Positions 39,631 through 50,247 of a stretch of 50,886 bases of DNA are shown piece after piece. The DNA lies in NCBI GenBank assembly GCA_032718475.1, contig JAUCBJ010009160.1, forward strand, positions 1 to 50,886, given 5' to 3'. Source of the DNA: Nemertoderma westbladi. Lineage: Eukaryota; Animalia; Xenacoelomorpha. The translations under genes were made by a program, and so were the position numbers. Below the pieces are notes generated by a model that saw only the letters and a program-made list of their open reading frames with translations, made no database searches and had not been told where the DNA came from. How positions within the stretch are numbered: position 1 is the stretch's first letter; the number at the start of each line of letters is the position of its first letter.

Positions 39631-39927
39631 CTGAAAAATATAAAAATGATAAAAAACAAATAAATTAATATCAGAAATATGACGAGATGGAAGTAGTTTG
39701 ATTATCTGAAAACCGAAAGTAAATTTGTTTCAATTCATTGGGAATTCATGGTCTATTAAATATAAATAATGGCTGTGTTAAATACATGTTCTGGAATGAA
39801 AGTGACATCCATGCGAAGTGGTCAATTTCTTTAATAGGTACATTTAATGGTGATTAACAAAATTTCATAATCGCGAAATTAAGTGCCAGGCAGTGGTTAC
39901 CTGGCGACGTATTGTAAACAAACGAAC

Positions 39928-40209
39928 CTGCCTGGTTTTATATTTCATGGGAATGTTAGTCCGTAGGGGCCGATTGTTGGTTGGTTGTACCGGTCGACTG
40001 GTTTCCGTGCTCAGCGGTTTATCGACATTGTGGGACCGGGTTCTGTGTTTCAGCACCTCGTTGTTCTGCCATCCTCGGAACACCTCGGAGACTCGGGTCT
40101 GCATCGACTGCCAACCAGGTATCAGTTGTTTCGTCTTCTTCTTTCGATCTGTTTCGCTGGTTTCGTTCGATGGTGGCCAACTGCTCCGTAACTGATTGAG
40201 ATCGTGAAA
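39928..40209 (-). CDS. CA10: Penultimate exon of CA10/CA11-like protein (FHDLNQLRSSW...TSRPVQPTNNRPLRTNIPMKYKTRQ)
   Basis: Acceptor TTTTAG| at 40211-40210, phase 0 and in frame with the previous exon. RPVQPTNNRPLRTNI matches the alpha-CA C-terminal motif in its CA10 form (RPVQPLNNRxIRTNI). Donor is CAG|GTTCGT at 39927, with an alternative in-frame CAG|GTAACC at 39900. Confidence 0.85.
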
Positions 40210-40341
40210 CTAAAAGTTAGAGGCGATTGTCTTATTCAGTGACATTGTTAATGTTCAATGTTTTAAATGTGAAAAGTTACGTCTCAAAAAGTACATATTA
40301 TTTCCCCAGGGAGATAAAGTGTCCTAAAGAAATACATGTGC

Positions 40342-42098
40342 CCAGCGTTGTGCCTGTATCTCAGTAATGCAGTTACTTGAGGCAGATCTATTTTGGACCA
40401 GCGTTGTGGCTTATCTCAGTAATGCAGTTACTTGAGGCAGATTTCTTTTGGACCAGCGGTGTGGATGTATCTCAGTAATGCAGTTACTTGAGGCAGATTT
40501 ATTTTGGACCAGCGTTGTGGCTGTATCTCAGTAATGCAGTTACTTGAGGCAGATTTCTTTTGGACCAGCGGTGTGGCTGTATCTCAGTAATGCAGTTACT
40601 TGAGGCAGATTTATTTTGGACCAGCGTTGTGGCTGTATCTCAGTAATGCAGTTACTTGAGGCAGATTTATTTTGGACCAGCGTTGTGGCTGTATCTCAGT
40701 AATGCAGTTACTTGAGGCAGATCTATTTTGGACCAGCGTTGTGACTGTATCTCAGTAATGCAGTTACTCGAGGCAGATCTATTTTGGACCAGCGTTGTGG
40801 CTGTATCTCAGTAATGCAGTTACTTGAGGCAGATTTATTTTGGACCAGCGTTGTGGCCGTATCTCAGTAATGCAGTTACTTGAGGCAGATTTCTTTTGGA
40901 CCAGCGTTGTGGCTGTATCTCAGTAATGCAGTTACTTGAGGCAGATTTATTTTGGACCAGCGTTGTGGCTGTATCTCAGTAATGCAGTTACTTGAGGCAG
41001 ATTTATTTTGGACCAGCGTTGTGGCTGTATCTCAGTAATGCAGTTACTTGAGGCAGATCTATTTTGGACCAGCGTTGTGGCTGTATCTCAGTAATGCAGT
41101 TACTTGAGGCAGATTTATTTTGGACCAGCGTTGTGGCTGTATCTCAGTAATGCAGTTACTTGAGGCAGATTTATTTTGGACCAGCGTTGTGGCTGTATCT
41201 CAGTAATGCAGTTACTTGAGGCAGATCTATTTTGGACCAGCGTTGTGGCTGTATCTCAGTAATGCAGTTACTTGAGGCAGATTTCTTTTGGACCAGCGTT
41301 GTGGCTGTATCTCAGTAATGCAGTTACTTGAGGCAGATTTATTTTGGACCAGCGTTGTGGCTGTATCTCAGTAATGCAGTTACTTGAGGCAGATTTATTT
41401 TGGACCAGCGTTGTGGCTGTATCTCAGTAATGCAGTTACTTGAGGCAGATTTATTTTGGACCAGCGTTGTGGCTGTATCTCAGTAATGCAGTTACTTGAG
41501 GCAGATCTATTTTGGACCAGCGTTGTGGCTGTATCTCAGTAATGCAGTTACTTGAGGCAGATTTCTTTTGGACCAGCGGTGTGGATGTATCTCAGTAATG
41601 CAGTTACTTGAGGCAGATCTATTTTGGACCAGCGTTGTGGCTGTATCTCAGTAATGCAGTTACTTGAGGCAGATTTCTTTTGGACCAGCGTTGTGGCTGT
41701 ATCTCAGTAATGCAGTTACTTGAGGCAGATTTCTTTTGGACCAGCGTTGTGGCTGTATCTCAGTAATGCAGTTACTTGAGGCAGATTTCTTTTGGACCAG
41801 CGTTGTGGCTGTATCTCAGTAATGCAGTTACTTAAGGCAGATCTATTTTGGACCAGCGTTGTGGCTGTATCTCAGTAATGCAGTTACTTGAGGCAGATCT
41901 ATTTTGGACCAGCGTTGTGGCTGTATCTCAGTAGGGCAGTTACTTGAGGCAGATCTATTTTGGACCAGCGTTGTGGCTGTATCTCAGTAATGCAGTTACT
42001 TGAGGCAGATTTCTTTTGGACCAGCGTTGTGGCTGTATCTCAGTAATGCAGTTACTTGAGGCAGATTTCTTTTGGACCAGCGTTGTGGCTGTATCTCA
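40342..42098. repeat. 56-bp minisatellite, about 31 copies (GTATCTCAGTAATGCAGTTACTTGAGGCAGATTTATTTTGGACCAGCGTTGTGGCT), intronic
   Basis: Period of 56 confirmed (unit starts at 40691, 40747 and 40971). Lies in the CA intron 40210-42539. Confidence 0.98.
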
Positions 42099-42400
42099 GC
42101 TTCCTTGATCAACTTTTCCTCAGCTAATTTATAGAATCTGTCTCGCTTGTATTTCAGTAGCAGCTTGAAGTCACCTTTTGTCGTCACGTTTTTCTCAAGA
42201 TTTGCTGCTGCTTCGATAAAGGATAAGACTCTCCGACTTTGGAATAGCAATACAGTCAAACCAAGGTTTGGGTCTACGGTTAGTAGTCCAATATCCTGGT
42301 GAAGCCTCCACATTGCACCTGCTGTAAGATCCATGTACTGTTACTGTAGACGATGTCTATGTCACCTTCGAATCCCAACTAAGACCACACAGAGCTATAG
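42099..42400 (-). other. Coding-like fragment of unknown origin (possible transposon ORF remnant) contiguous with the 56-bp array
   Basis: Minus ORF ...LLFQSRRVLSFIEAAANLEKNVTTKGDFKLLLKYKRDRFYKLAEEKLIKEAEIQPQRWSKRNLPQVTALLRY reads straight into the first monomer. No family recognised. Confidence 0.3.
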
Positions 42401-42539
42401 AAAGAAATTGAGTTGCAGCAAGAAGTTACTATACAAAATTGCAATAAATTGTTAAACTTACAAATGATAGTTCGTAACAATGTGTTGGCATCAAGACCCC
42501 ACGAACTGTTCCTACTGCATAATAAATGTATAAACTTAC

Positions 42540-42712
42540 AAAGGTTTCGTTAGCGTAAATAGGTTTGTTCATAATGATGTATGTGACGACTTCTGTACAA
42601 GGGGGCACGCTTAGGGAACCGGGGTAGGTTATGTATTGGTCTGTGGCTGGAAATAAACTATCTTTGTTGTCGTTACTAATAACCATCAGGTCCCGTACAT
42701 ATCTGTTCTGAC
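42540..42712 (-). CDS. CA10: Internal exon of alpha-carbonic anhydrase / CA10-like protein (GQNRYVRDL...DSLFPATDQYITYPGSLSVPPCTEVVTYIIMNKPIYANETF)
   Basis: YxGSLxxPPCxExV alpha-CA motif. IIMNKPIY and ITYxGS closely match recalled CA10 ([27 protein letters not shown]). Acceptor TTTTGCAG| (phase 1) at 42714-42713, donor |GTAAGT at 42539 (phase 0). Upstream exons not found in the window. Confidence 0.92.
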
Positions 42713-42843
42713 CTGCAAAAAGTAAAAATTTATATTCTTTATAATGTATGCTCAATATTGAATATATATTTAAAATATTCCAAGGCAAAGCAAGACAACA
42801 GTCGGCCGAAACCGGAGGCAAGCCGAAGACACCTCTTTCGATA

Positions 42844-45355
42844 GCTGCTACCCGGAGGTAGAGGTGGGCGCTACTCATATCCGCTACCCGGAGGTAGGGG
42901 TGGGCGCTACACCTATCTGCTACCCGATGGTGGGGGTGGCGCTTCTCCTATCCGCTACCCGGAGGTAGGGGTGGGCGCTACTCATATCCGCTACCCGGAG
43001 GTAGGGGTGGGCGCTACTCCTATCTGCTACCCGAAGGTAGGGGTGGACGCTACTCCTATCTGCTACCCGAAGGTAGGGGTGGGCGCTACTCCTATCTGCT
43101 ACCCGAAGGTAGGGGTGGACGCTACTCCTATCTGCTACCCGAATGTAGGGGTGGGCGCTACTCCTATCTGCTACCCGAAGGTAGGGGTGGGCGCTACTCC
43201 TATCTGCTACCCGAAGGTAGGGGTGGGCGCTACTCCTATCCGCTACCCGAAGGTAGAGGTGGGCGCTACTCATATCCGCTACCCGGAGGTAGGGGTGGGC
43301 GCTACTCCTATCCGCTACCAGAAGGTAGGGGTGGGCGCTACTCATATCCGCTACCCGGAGGTAGGGGTGGGCGCTACTCCTATCCGCTACCCGAAGTTAG
43401 GGGTGGGCGCTACTCATATCTGCTACCCGAAGGTAGGGGTGGGCGCTACTCCTACAGTATTTGCTACCTGAAGGTAGGGGTAGGCGCTACTCCTATCCGC
43501 TACCCGAAGGTAGGGGTGGGCGCTACACCTATCTTCTACCCGATGGTGGGGGTGGCGCTTCTCCTATCTGCTACCCGGAGGTAGGGGTGGGCGCTACTCC
43601 TACCTGCTACCCGAAGGTAGGGGTGGGTGCTACTCCTACCTGCTACCCGAAGGTAGGGGTGGGCGCTACTCCTATCCGCTACCCGCAGGTAGGGGTGGGC
43701 GCTACTCCTACCTGCTACCCGAAGGTAGGGGTGGGCGCTACTCCTACCTGCTACCCGAAGGTAGGGGTGGGCGCTACTCATATCCGCTACCCGGAGGTAG
43801 GGTGGGCGCTACTCCTACCTGCTACCCGAAGATAGGGGTGGGCGCTACTCCTACCTGCTACCCGAAGGTAGGGGTGGGCGCTACTCCCATCTGCTACCCG
43901 AAGGTAGGGTTGGGCACTACTCCTATCTGCTACCCGAAGGTAGGGGTGGGCGCTACTCTTACCTGCTACCCAAAGGTAGGGGTGGGTGCTACTCCTATCT
44001 GCTACCCGAAGGTAGGGGTGGGCGCTACTCCTATCTGCTACCTGAAGGTATGGGTGGGCGCTACTCCTATCTGCTACCCGAAGGTAGGGGTGGGCGCTAC
44101 TCCTATCTGCTACCTGAAGGTAGGGGTGGGCGCTACTCCTATCTGCTACCCGAAGGTAGGGGTGGGCGCTACTCCTACCTGCTACCCGAAGGTAGGGGTG
44201 GGCGCTACTCCTACCTGCTACCTGAAGGTAGGGGTGGGCGCTACTCCTATCTGCTACCCGAAAGTAGGGGTGGGCGCTACTCCTACCTGCTACCCGAAGG
44301 TAGGGGTGGGCGCTACACCTACCTGCTACCCGAAGGTAGGGGTGGGCGCTACTCCTATCTGCTACCCGAAAGTAGGGGTGGGCGCTACTCCTATCTGCTA
44401 CCCGAAGGTAGGGGTGGGCGCTACTCCTATCTGCTACCCGAAGGTAGGGGTGGGCGCTACTCCTATCTGCTACCCGAAAGTAGGGGTGGGCGCTACTCCT
44501 ACCTGCTACCCGAAGGTAGGGGTGGGCGCTACTCCTATCTGCTACCCGAAAGTAGGGGTGGGCGCTACTCCTACCTGCTACCCGAAGGTAGGGGTGGGCG
44601 CTACTCCTATCTGCTACCCGAAAGTAGGGGTGGGCGCTACTCCTATCTGCTACCCGAAGGTAGGGGTGGGCGCTACTCCTATCTGCTACCCGAAGGTAGG
44701 GGTGGGCGCTACTCCTATCTGCTACCCGAAAGTAGGGGTGGGCGCTACTCCTATCTGCTACCCGAAGGTAGGGGTGGGCGCTACTCCTATCTGCTACCCG
44801 AAGGTAGGGGTGGGCGCTACTCCTATCTGCTACCCGAAGGTAGGGGTGGGCGCTACTCCTATCTGCTACCCGAAGGTAGGGGTGGGCGCTACTCCTATCT
44901 GCTACCCGAAGGTAGGGGTGGGCGCTACTCCTATCTGCTACCCGAAGGTAGGGGTGGGCGCTACTCCTATCTGCTACCCGAAAGTAGGGGTGGGCGCTAC
45001 TCCTATCTGCTACCCGAAGGTAGGGGTGGGCGCTACTCCTATCTGCTACCCGAAGGTAGGGGTGGGCGCTACTCCTATCTGCTACCCGAAAGTAGGGGTG
45101 GGCGCTACTCCTATCTGCTACCCGAAGGTAGGGGTGGGCGCTACTCCTATCTACTACCCGAAGGTAGGGGTGATCGCTACTCCTATCTGCTACCCGAAGG
45201 TAGGGGTGGGCGCTACTCCTACCTGCTACCCGAAGGTAGGGGTGGGCGCTACTCCTATCTGCTACCCGAAAGTAGGGGTGGGCGCTACTCCTATCTGCTA
45301 CCCGAAGGTAGGGGTGGGCGCTACTCCTACCTGCTACCCGAAGGTAGGGGTGGGA
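42844..45355. repeat. 36-bp G-rich minisatellite, about 70 copies (GCTACCCGAAGGTAGGGGTGGGCGCTACTCCTATCT), intronic
   Basis: Period of 36 (12-aa period in the overlapping ORFs). More diverged on the left, very homogeneous from ~44050. Confidence 0.98.
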
Positions 45356-46649
45356 GTAACTAGGAACACCGAGCCATTGTCTTTACAATGAATATATGCA
45401 ATGTGATTATGTGTGTAGGCCTACAGTACTGTGAATAAATATCAGGTCCTGACCCTCCTCATGTTTCTACATAATATCATAGGGCAATAATGTGAGACTC
45501 GATAATCTTGAAATATAGATATTTAGATACCGCGACTGTTTTCTGGCTAAGTCTGAATTTCTCAATTAATATAATAAATAAATGTTGTTACGTCACAATT
45601 GAATAAGTAATCACCCTAAATATAAGTTATATATTACAGTTTATCCATACTGCAGGCCTACGTTAATTTGGACTATAGAAAAAAATCTTAAACAAAGGCA
45701 AATCGGTCAAGCCGGCACTTTAATTTAAAAGGGTCATGCAACGAAAACTATCATGATAAAACAATTCAGAAAGCACAACTAAACATACAAAGCTACCCGT
45801 ACCCATACATAGAAATTGTTTATGGTGGGAATAAAACCATACTATAACTACAGTAATTATAATTATAAAGTTTGTAATATTAAATATAATAAGTTGGATC
45901 GAAAAGTGTGTTATACACAACGTCACCAAAATGACTGACATATATGCATAGCATAATAACCTATGATATATATAACATAGGATACTAAATAATATTGAAA
46001 TCTGACAGTTACTTCTTTCATAACAGGTCCACCCTTCCGCTCTACTAATTAACCAGTCCAATTGTTACATTTTCGGTCTGTATTGTAACACAGTAGAATA
46101 GAATAACAAGACACACCCAATAATAATAGATTTATCAGTTTTCTGATCATTACTATTAGATAAAACATTGTCTGAATTTCCTTTGTTGGCAGATAGAAAA
46201 ATGGCAAGAAATGCAAGTAATAATTAATAATTCATTGTCAAACTAATCTGAATTCACCCCGTATTTTTTTCGTATATATTGTGGGAGTGAAATAAAGCTT
46301 TATCTTTTTTAACAAATTAATTATGTATACCCGCCATCCAGATAGCCTTATATTGATTAACTTTACTTGTGTGTCTTTTCTCCTATTTTTCTCCGTATAT
46401 GTATATTGGAAGCCATGCTGGACTCTAATTGCTGAGGACACGAGCAAGCAAATTGTTGATTGCATGGTGGTGGCACAATTTTTTTGTTAAGCCATCATAG
46501 CATCTCAATGTGCAGCATGACCTACTATAAATACGACCCGCCAAGCTGCTGCAATTACTGGCACCCATACCATATCAGCACTTTTCGGAATTGATAAAAT
46601 TACACAAAATACATCACCCTTCAAAGACTTGGGTATAACCATGAAACCA

Positions 46650-47181
46650 TACTACTACTAGTACTAGATCGAGCGAACTCGGACAATGGAAATGAGATCC
46701 TTCCAGGACTCCCGATTCTCCAACTACTACTAGGTTGAGCGAGCTCAGACAGTGGAAATGAGATCCTTCCAGGCTTCCCGATTCTCCAACTACTACTAGG
46801 TTGAACGAACTTGGACAGTGGAAATGAGATCCTTCCAGGCTTCCCGATTCTCCAACTACTACTAGGTCGAGCGAACTCGGACAGTGGAAATGAGATCCTT
46901 CCAGGCTTCCCGATTCTCCAACTACTACTAGGTCGAGCGAACTCGGACAGTGGAAATGAGATCCTTCCAGGCTTCCCGATTCTCCAACTACTACTAGGTC
47001 GAGCGAACTCGGACAGTGGAAATGAGATCCTTCCAGGCTTCCCGATTCGACTACTACTAATAGGTCGAGCGAACTCGGACAGTGGAAATGAGATCCTTCC
47101 AGGCTTCCCGATTCTCCAACTACTACTAGGTCGAGCGAACTCGGACAGTGGAAATGAGATCCTTCCAGGTTTCCCGATTCT
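46650..47181 (-). repeat. 66-bp tandem array, 8 copies, made of the 3' terminus of the adjacent RTE-like LINE including its (TAG)n tail
   Basis: Unit starts at 46681, 46747, 46813, 46879, 46945, 47011, 47077 and 47143. Minus-strand unit TGGAGAATCGGGAAGCCTGGAAGGATCTCATTTCCACTGTCCGAGTTCGCTCGACCTAGTAGTAGT encodes ENREAWKDLISTVRVRST* followed by the tail. Confidence 0.95.
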
Positions 47182-47958
47182 ACATAGTTGTCGCAATTTC
47201 ATTTTTCCCAAGTTCAGTATCCCTTTCAAGTTGATCTATATATGTTATGGCCGGTCGTCCACGACTATGCTTTCCATGAGTTGGTTGCCAGAGAAGTAGA
47301 TCTGGTATGACCTCGTCTTTACTTCGCCAGCAGTGCCCACTGAATCTTAATCTGCGTTCACGGAGGGTGGTTGATACAGGTGGTATTGTACCATAAAGCT
47401 CGGCGTTTGTTATGTGTTGTCTCCAGCTGATGTTTAGGGCTGCCCTTAGTAGTCTTGTGTAGCAACCATCAATTCGTTGTTCAAGTGATTTAGTCAGTGT
47501 CCAGGTCTCACCCCCGTATAAAAATACACTTTCCACTGTGGCTCGAAAGAACTTAGTCTTCAGGTGCCTGGAGAGATCTGATTTCCAGATTGTATCCATT
47601 TTTGATAGAGCTACCCAAGCCTTTGCTTTCCTAACTTCTCTGTCCTTTTTGCTACTCTCTATCCATGATCCAAGGTACTGGAAGTCGTCGACCTTCCTTA
47701 GTTGATTATTATCACTGGTTGTCAAGTTTCCATCAACATTAAAGGTCATGAATTCGGTCTTGGTCGCATTTATATGCAATCCAAACTCCTTAGCAGCCCT
47801 CTCCACTTTATTTAGTAGAAGCTGTGCATCTGCTAGCGTATTAGAGAGCAGGGCGATGCCATCTGCAAAGTCGGTGTCTGTGACTGTAGTTGCCGGATAT
47901 CTACTACTTCTGCGTTCTTGAAGTGTGAATCCCAGATCTTCACCCTTTGTGGCCGTCC
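47115..47958 (-). mobile_element. 5'-truncated RTE-like LINE (3' half of reverse transcriptase and C-terminus), inactive
   Basis: Reads GFTLQERRSSRYPATTVTDTDFADGIALLS (FADD changed to FADG), GLHINATKTEFM, FQYLGSWI, FFRATVESVFLYGGETWTLTK, RRLRFSGHCWR, RGRPAITYIDQL, M*NRETWK. Short 3' end with a (TAG)n microsatellite tail, as is typical of RTE-clade elements. Confidence 0.92.
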
Positions 47959-49119
47959 AATATTGCTTAACGGCTTACTTTATGGGTTTGTGTTAGCGGA
48001 ATTGAATAAGCTAACACTCCCCCCCATGCTATCTTCCCGGTGAGCAATCCCGGTCTTCCCGGCGGCTACAATTCCGCTGGATCCCGACCTAGTGTCGGGT
48101 GTGGGGTGGGATTATTTTTTTTCCGGAGCCGGCTTTCCAGGCCGCTCCCTATGGGTATGATAATGTTACCCGTTTGCCTGGCATCCCGTGTCGGGCCGAT
48201 CGTGCGCTTCTCCCACACGACTTTTGTTTCCCCAGCACTTTCGCCACTCTAACTCTACTCTGCTCTCACCCCAACTCTTACACTCTCGGACCTCTTCGTC
48301 CCTTAATCTGCCTCTTACTTCTCCCCCCCCCCCCCACACTGGAATTGCGCTCGCACTCTCTCTATACTTCACACCACCTCTCGCTATCTCTCTTGCGTTC
48401 TCCTCCCATACTCTTCTCACATTCCTCTCATTCTCCTCTCGTACTTCTCGCTCTCCACGCCTGTGGTCCCACCAAGTGCCCCTCCTACTCGTATCCCGGT
48501 AGTGCCCATCCGGACGATTCTTATCCCGGAGGATACGAGCTTTCACAGTAAATCCTGAACTCCGCCCTGTTGTTCAATGACCACACACTTATCGGGTCCC
48601 ACACATGTGCGCACATGTTAATGGGAGCCGTCTAAGTCCCGTTCTGTCGCCCTAGTCAATTAGTCCCCAGTCCCAGTAGCTAATTGGAAAAGGTTGTGCT
48701 TGACTACGGTACATACTGTATAATACATATATACGAGTTATTATATAATTTTTTTTATAATATTATAATTATTATTATTATATGTATTATATTATATGCT
48801 CGTCTACATAACGCGCTTCATTCCTACTACCCACTACTCTCTCTCCGCCTTTCTCGCCTGGCGACTTCTTCCAGTCGCTTCCCCTCCAGTCTATCCGCTT
48901 CCAACTTCTCCCAGCTCTCTTGTGTATCCACCTCCCTGTCTACTGGATGCCGGCTGTTGTATTACACCGACTCGCCCTCCAGCCCCGGGCGGTCTACCAG
49001 ACCTCCGAAAGCCACCTAGAAGGCCCTTCTGTAGTTCGGAGGTGATCCTGATATTCTTAACTTTCACTTTTATTTTTGTTTCACCCATGTTTGCCCCTGT
49101 GCTATCATACTATCTACTT

Positions 49120-49412
49120 ACCTACTAACTTCTTGTCTAACTAACTCTGCTAACTCTAATTCTACTACTACCTCTAACTCCGCTACTAACTCTCTACTAA
49201 GTCTACTCCACTAACTCTACTAACTCTGCTAACTCCATTTACTCTCTACTAACTCTACTCCACTAGCTCTACTAACTCTGCTAACTCCACTAGCTCTCTA
49301 CTAACTCTCTGGTTCTACTGACTCTCTAACTCTACTGACTCTCTAACTCTACTGGCTCTCTAACTCTACTGACTCTCTACCTCCACTAGCTCTACTGACT
49401 TTCTAACTTTCT
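49120..49412. repeat. Low-complexity degenerate repeat of CTCTACTAACT/CTCTAACT-type 7-11-mers
   Basis: Seen directly; almost G-free on the + strand. Confidence 0.85.
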
Positions 49413-49413
49413 C

Positions 49414-49692
49414 AACTAACGGTACTACGTACCCTCTAACTCTTACTCTCTCTAACTAACGGTACTACGTACCCTCTAACTCTTACTCTCTCTAACTAAC
49501 GGTACTACGTACCCTCTAACTCTTACTAACTCTCTAACTAACGGTACTACGTACCCTCTAACTCTTACTAACTCTCTAACTAACGGTACTACATACCCTC
49601 TCACTACTTCTAACTCTCTTACTAACGGTACTACGTACCCTCTTACTACTTCTACTAACTCCTCTAGCTAACGGTACTACGTACCCTCTTCC
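49414..49692. repeat. 40-46-bp tandem repeat, 7 copies, core CTAACGGTACTACGTACCCTCT
   Basis: GGTAC cores at 49421, 49461, 49501, 49543, 49585, 49627 and 49673. Confidence 0.93.
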
Positions 49693-49807
49693 TCTACATC
49701 TACTCCCTCTACTCTATCTACATCTTATCTCATCTACGTCTCCTCGCCTGCACGTGACGCTCTGAGTGCCGGCAAAGTGGGTATGTTAATTGTGTGGTCT
49801 ATTACAA

Positions 49808-50247
49808 CCGGTACCTACGTACCCTCTTACTACCTCTATCTGCATGGCGCTTGCGGTGCCCACAACCACGAACGGTACTACGTACCCTCTTACTACGTCT
49901 ATCTGCATGGCGCTTACGGTGCCCACAACCACAAACGGTACTACGTACCCTCTTACTACGTCTATCTGCATGGCGCTTACGGTGCCCACAACCACAAACG
50001 GTACTACGTACCCTCTTACTACGTCTATCTGCATGGCGCTTACGGTGCCCACAACCACAAACGGTACTACGTACCCTCTTACTACGTCTATCTGCATGGC
50101 GCTTACGGTGCCCACAACCACAAACGGTACTACGTACCCTCTTACTACGTCTATCTGCATGGCGCTTACGGTGCCCACAACCACAAACGGTACTACGTAC
50201 CCTCTTCTACGTCTATCTGCATGGCGCTTACGGTGCCCACAACCACT
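49808..50247. repeat. 63-bp tandem repeat, about 7 copies (ACGGTACTACGTACCCTCTTACTACGTCTATCTGCATGGCGCTTACGGTGCCCACAACCACAA)
   Basis: Period of 63 (21-aa period in the ORF track). Shares a 19-bp core with the 40-bp array. Confidence 0.96.

Noticed and set aside
39865-39927. Read-through C-terminus VRLFTIRRQVTTAWHLISRL* of the 39865-40104 ORF
   Set aside because: More likely intron: in-frame donors exist and the downstream exon gives the CA10-like GKxCP tail. Retention is not excluded.
42790-42830. Possible hammerhead ribozyme / Penelope end (GACAACAGTCGGCCGAAAC)
   Set aside because: Has CGAAAC but no upstream CTGANGA core or consistent stems.
42920-45391. Repetitive ORFs CYPKVGVGATPI / LLPEGRGGRYSY / SSAHPYLRVADR
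   Set aside because: By-products of the 36-bp unit (multiple frames and both strands open, frameshifts at ~43455 and ~43800). The array lies in the CA intron.
45400-46620. Short ORFs and possible upstream CA exons
   Set aside because: AT-rich; the frames I translated show no alpha-CA motifs or convincing splice pairs.
46621-47299. ORFs of 202 aa (-) and 162 aa (+)
   Set aside because: Off-frame and antisense readings of the 66-bp RTE terminal repeat.
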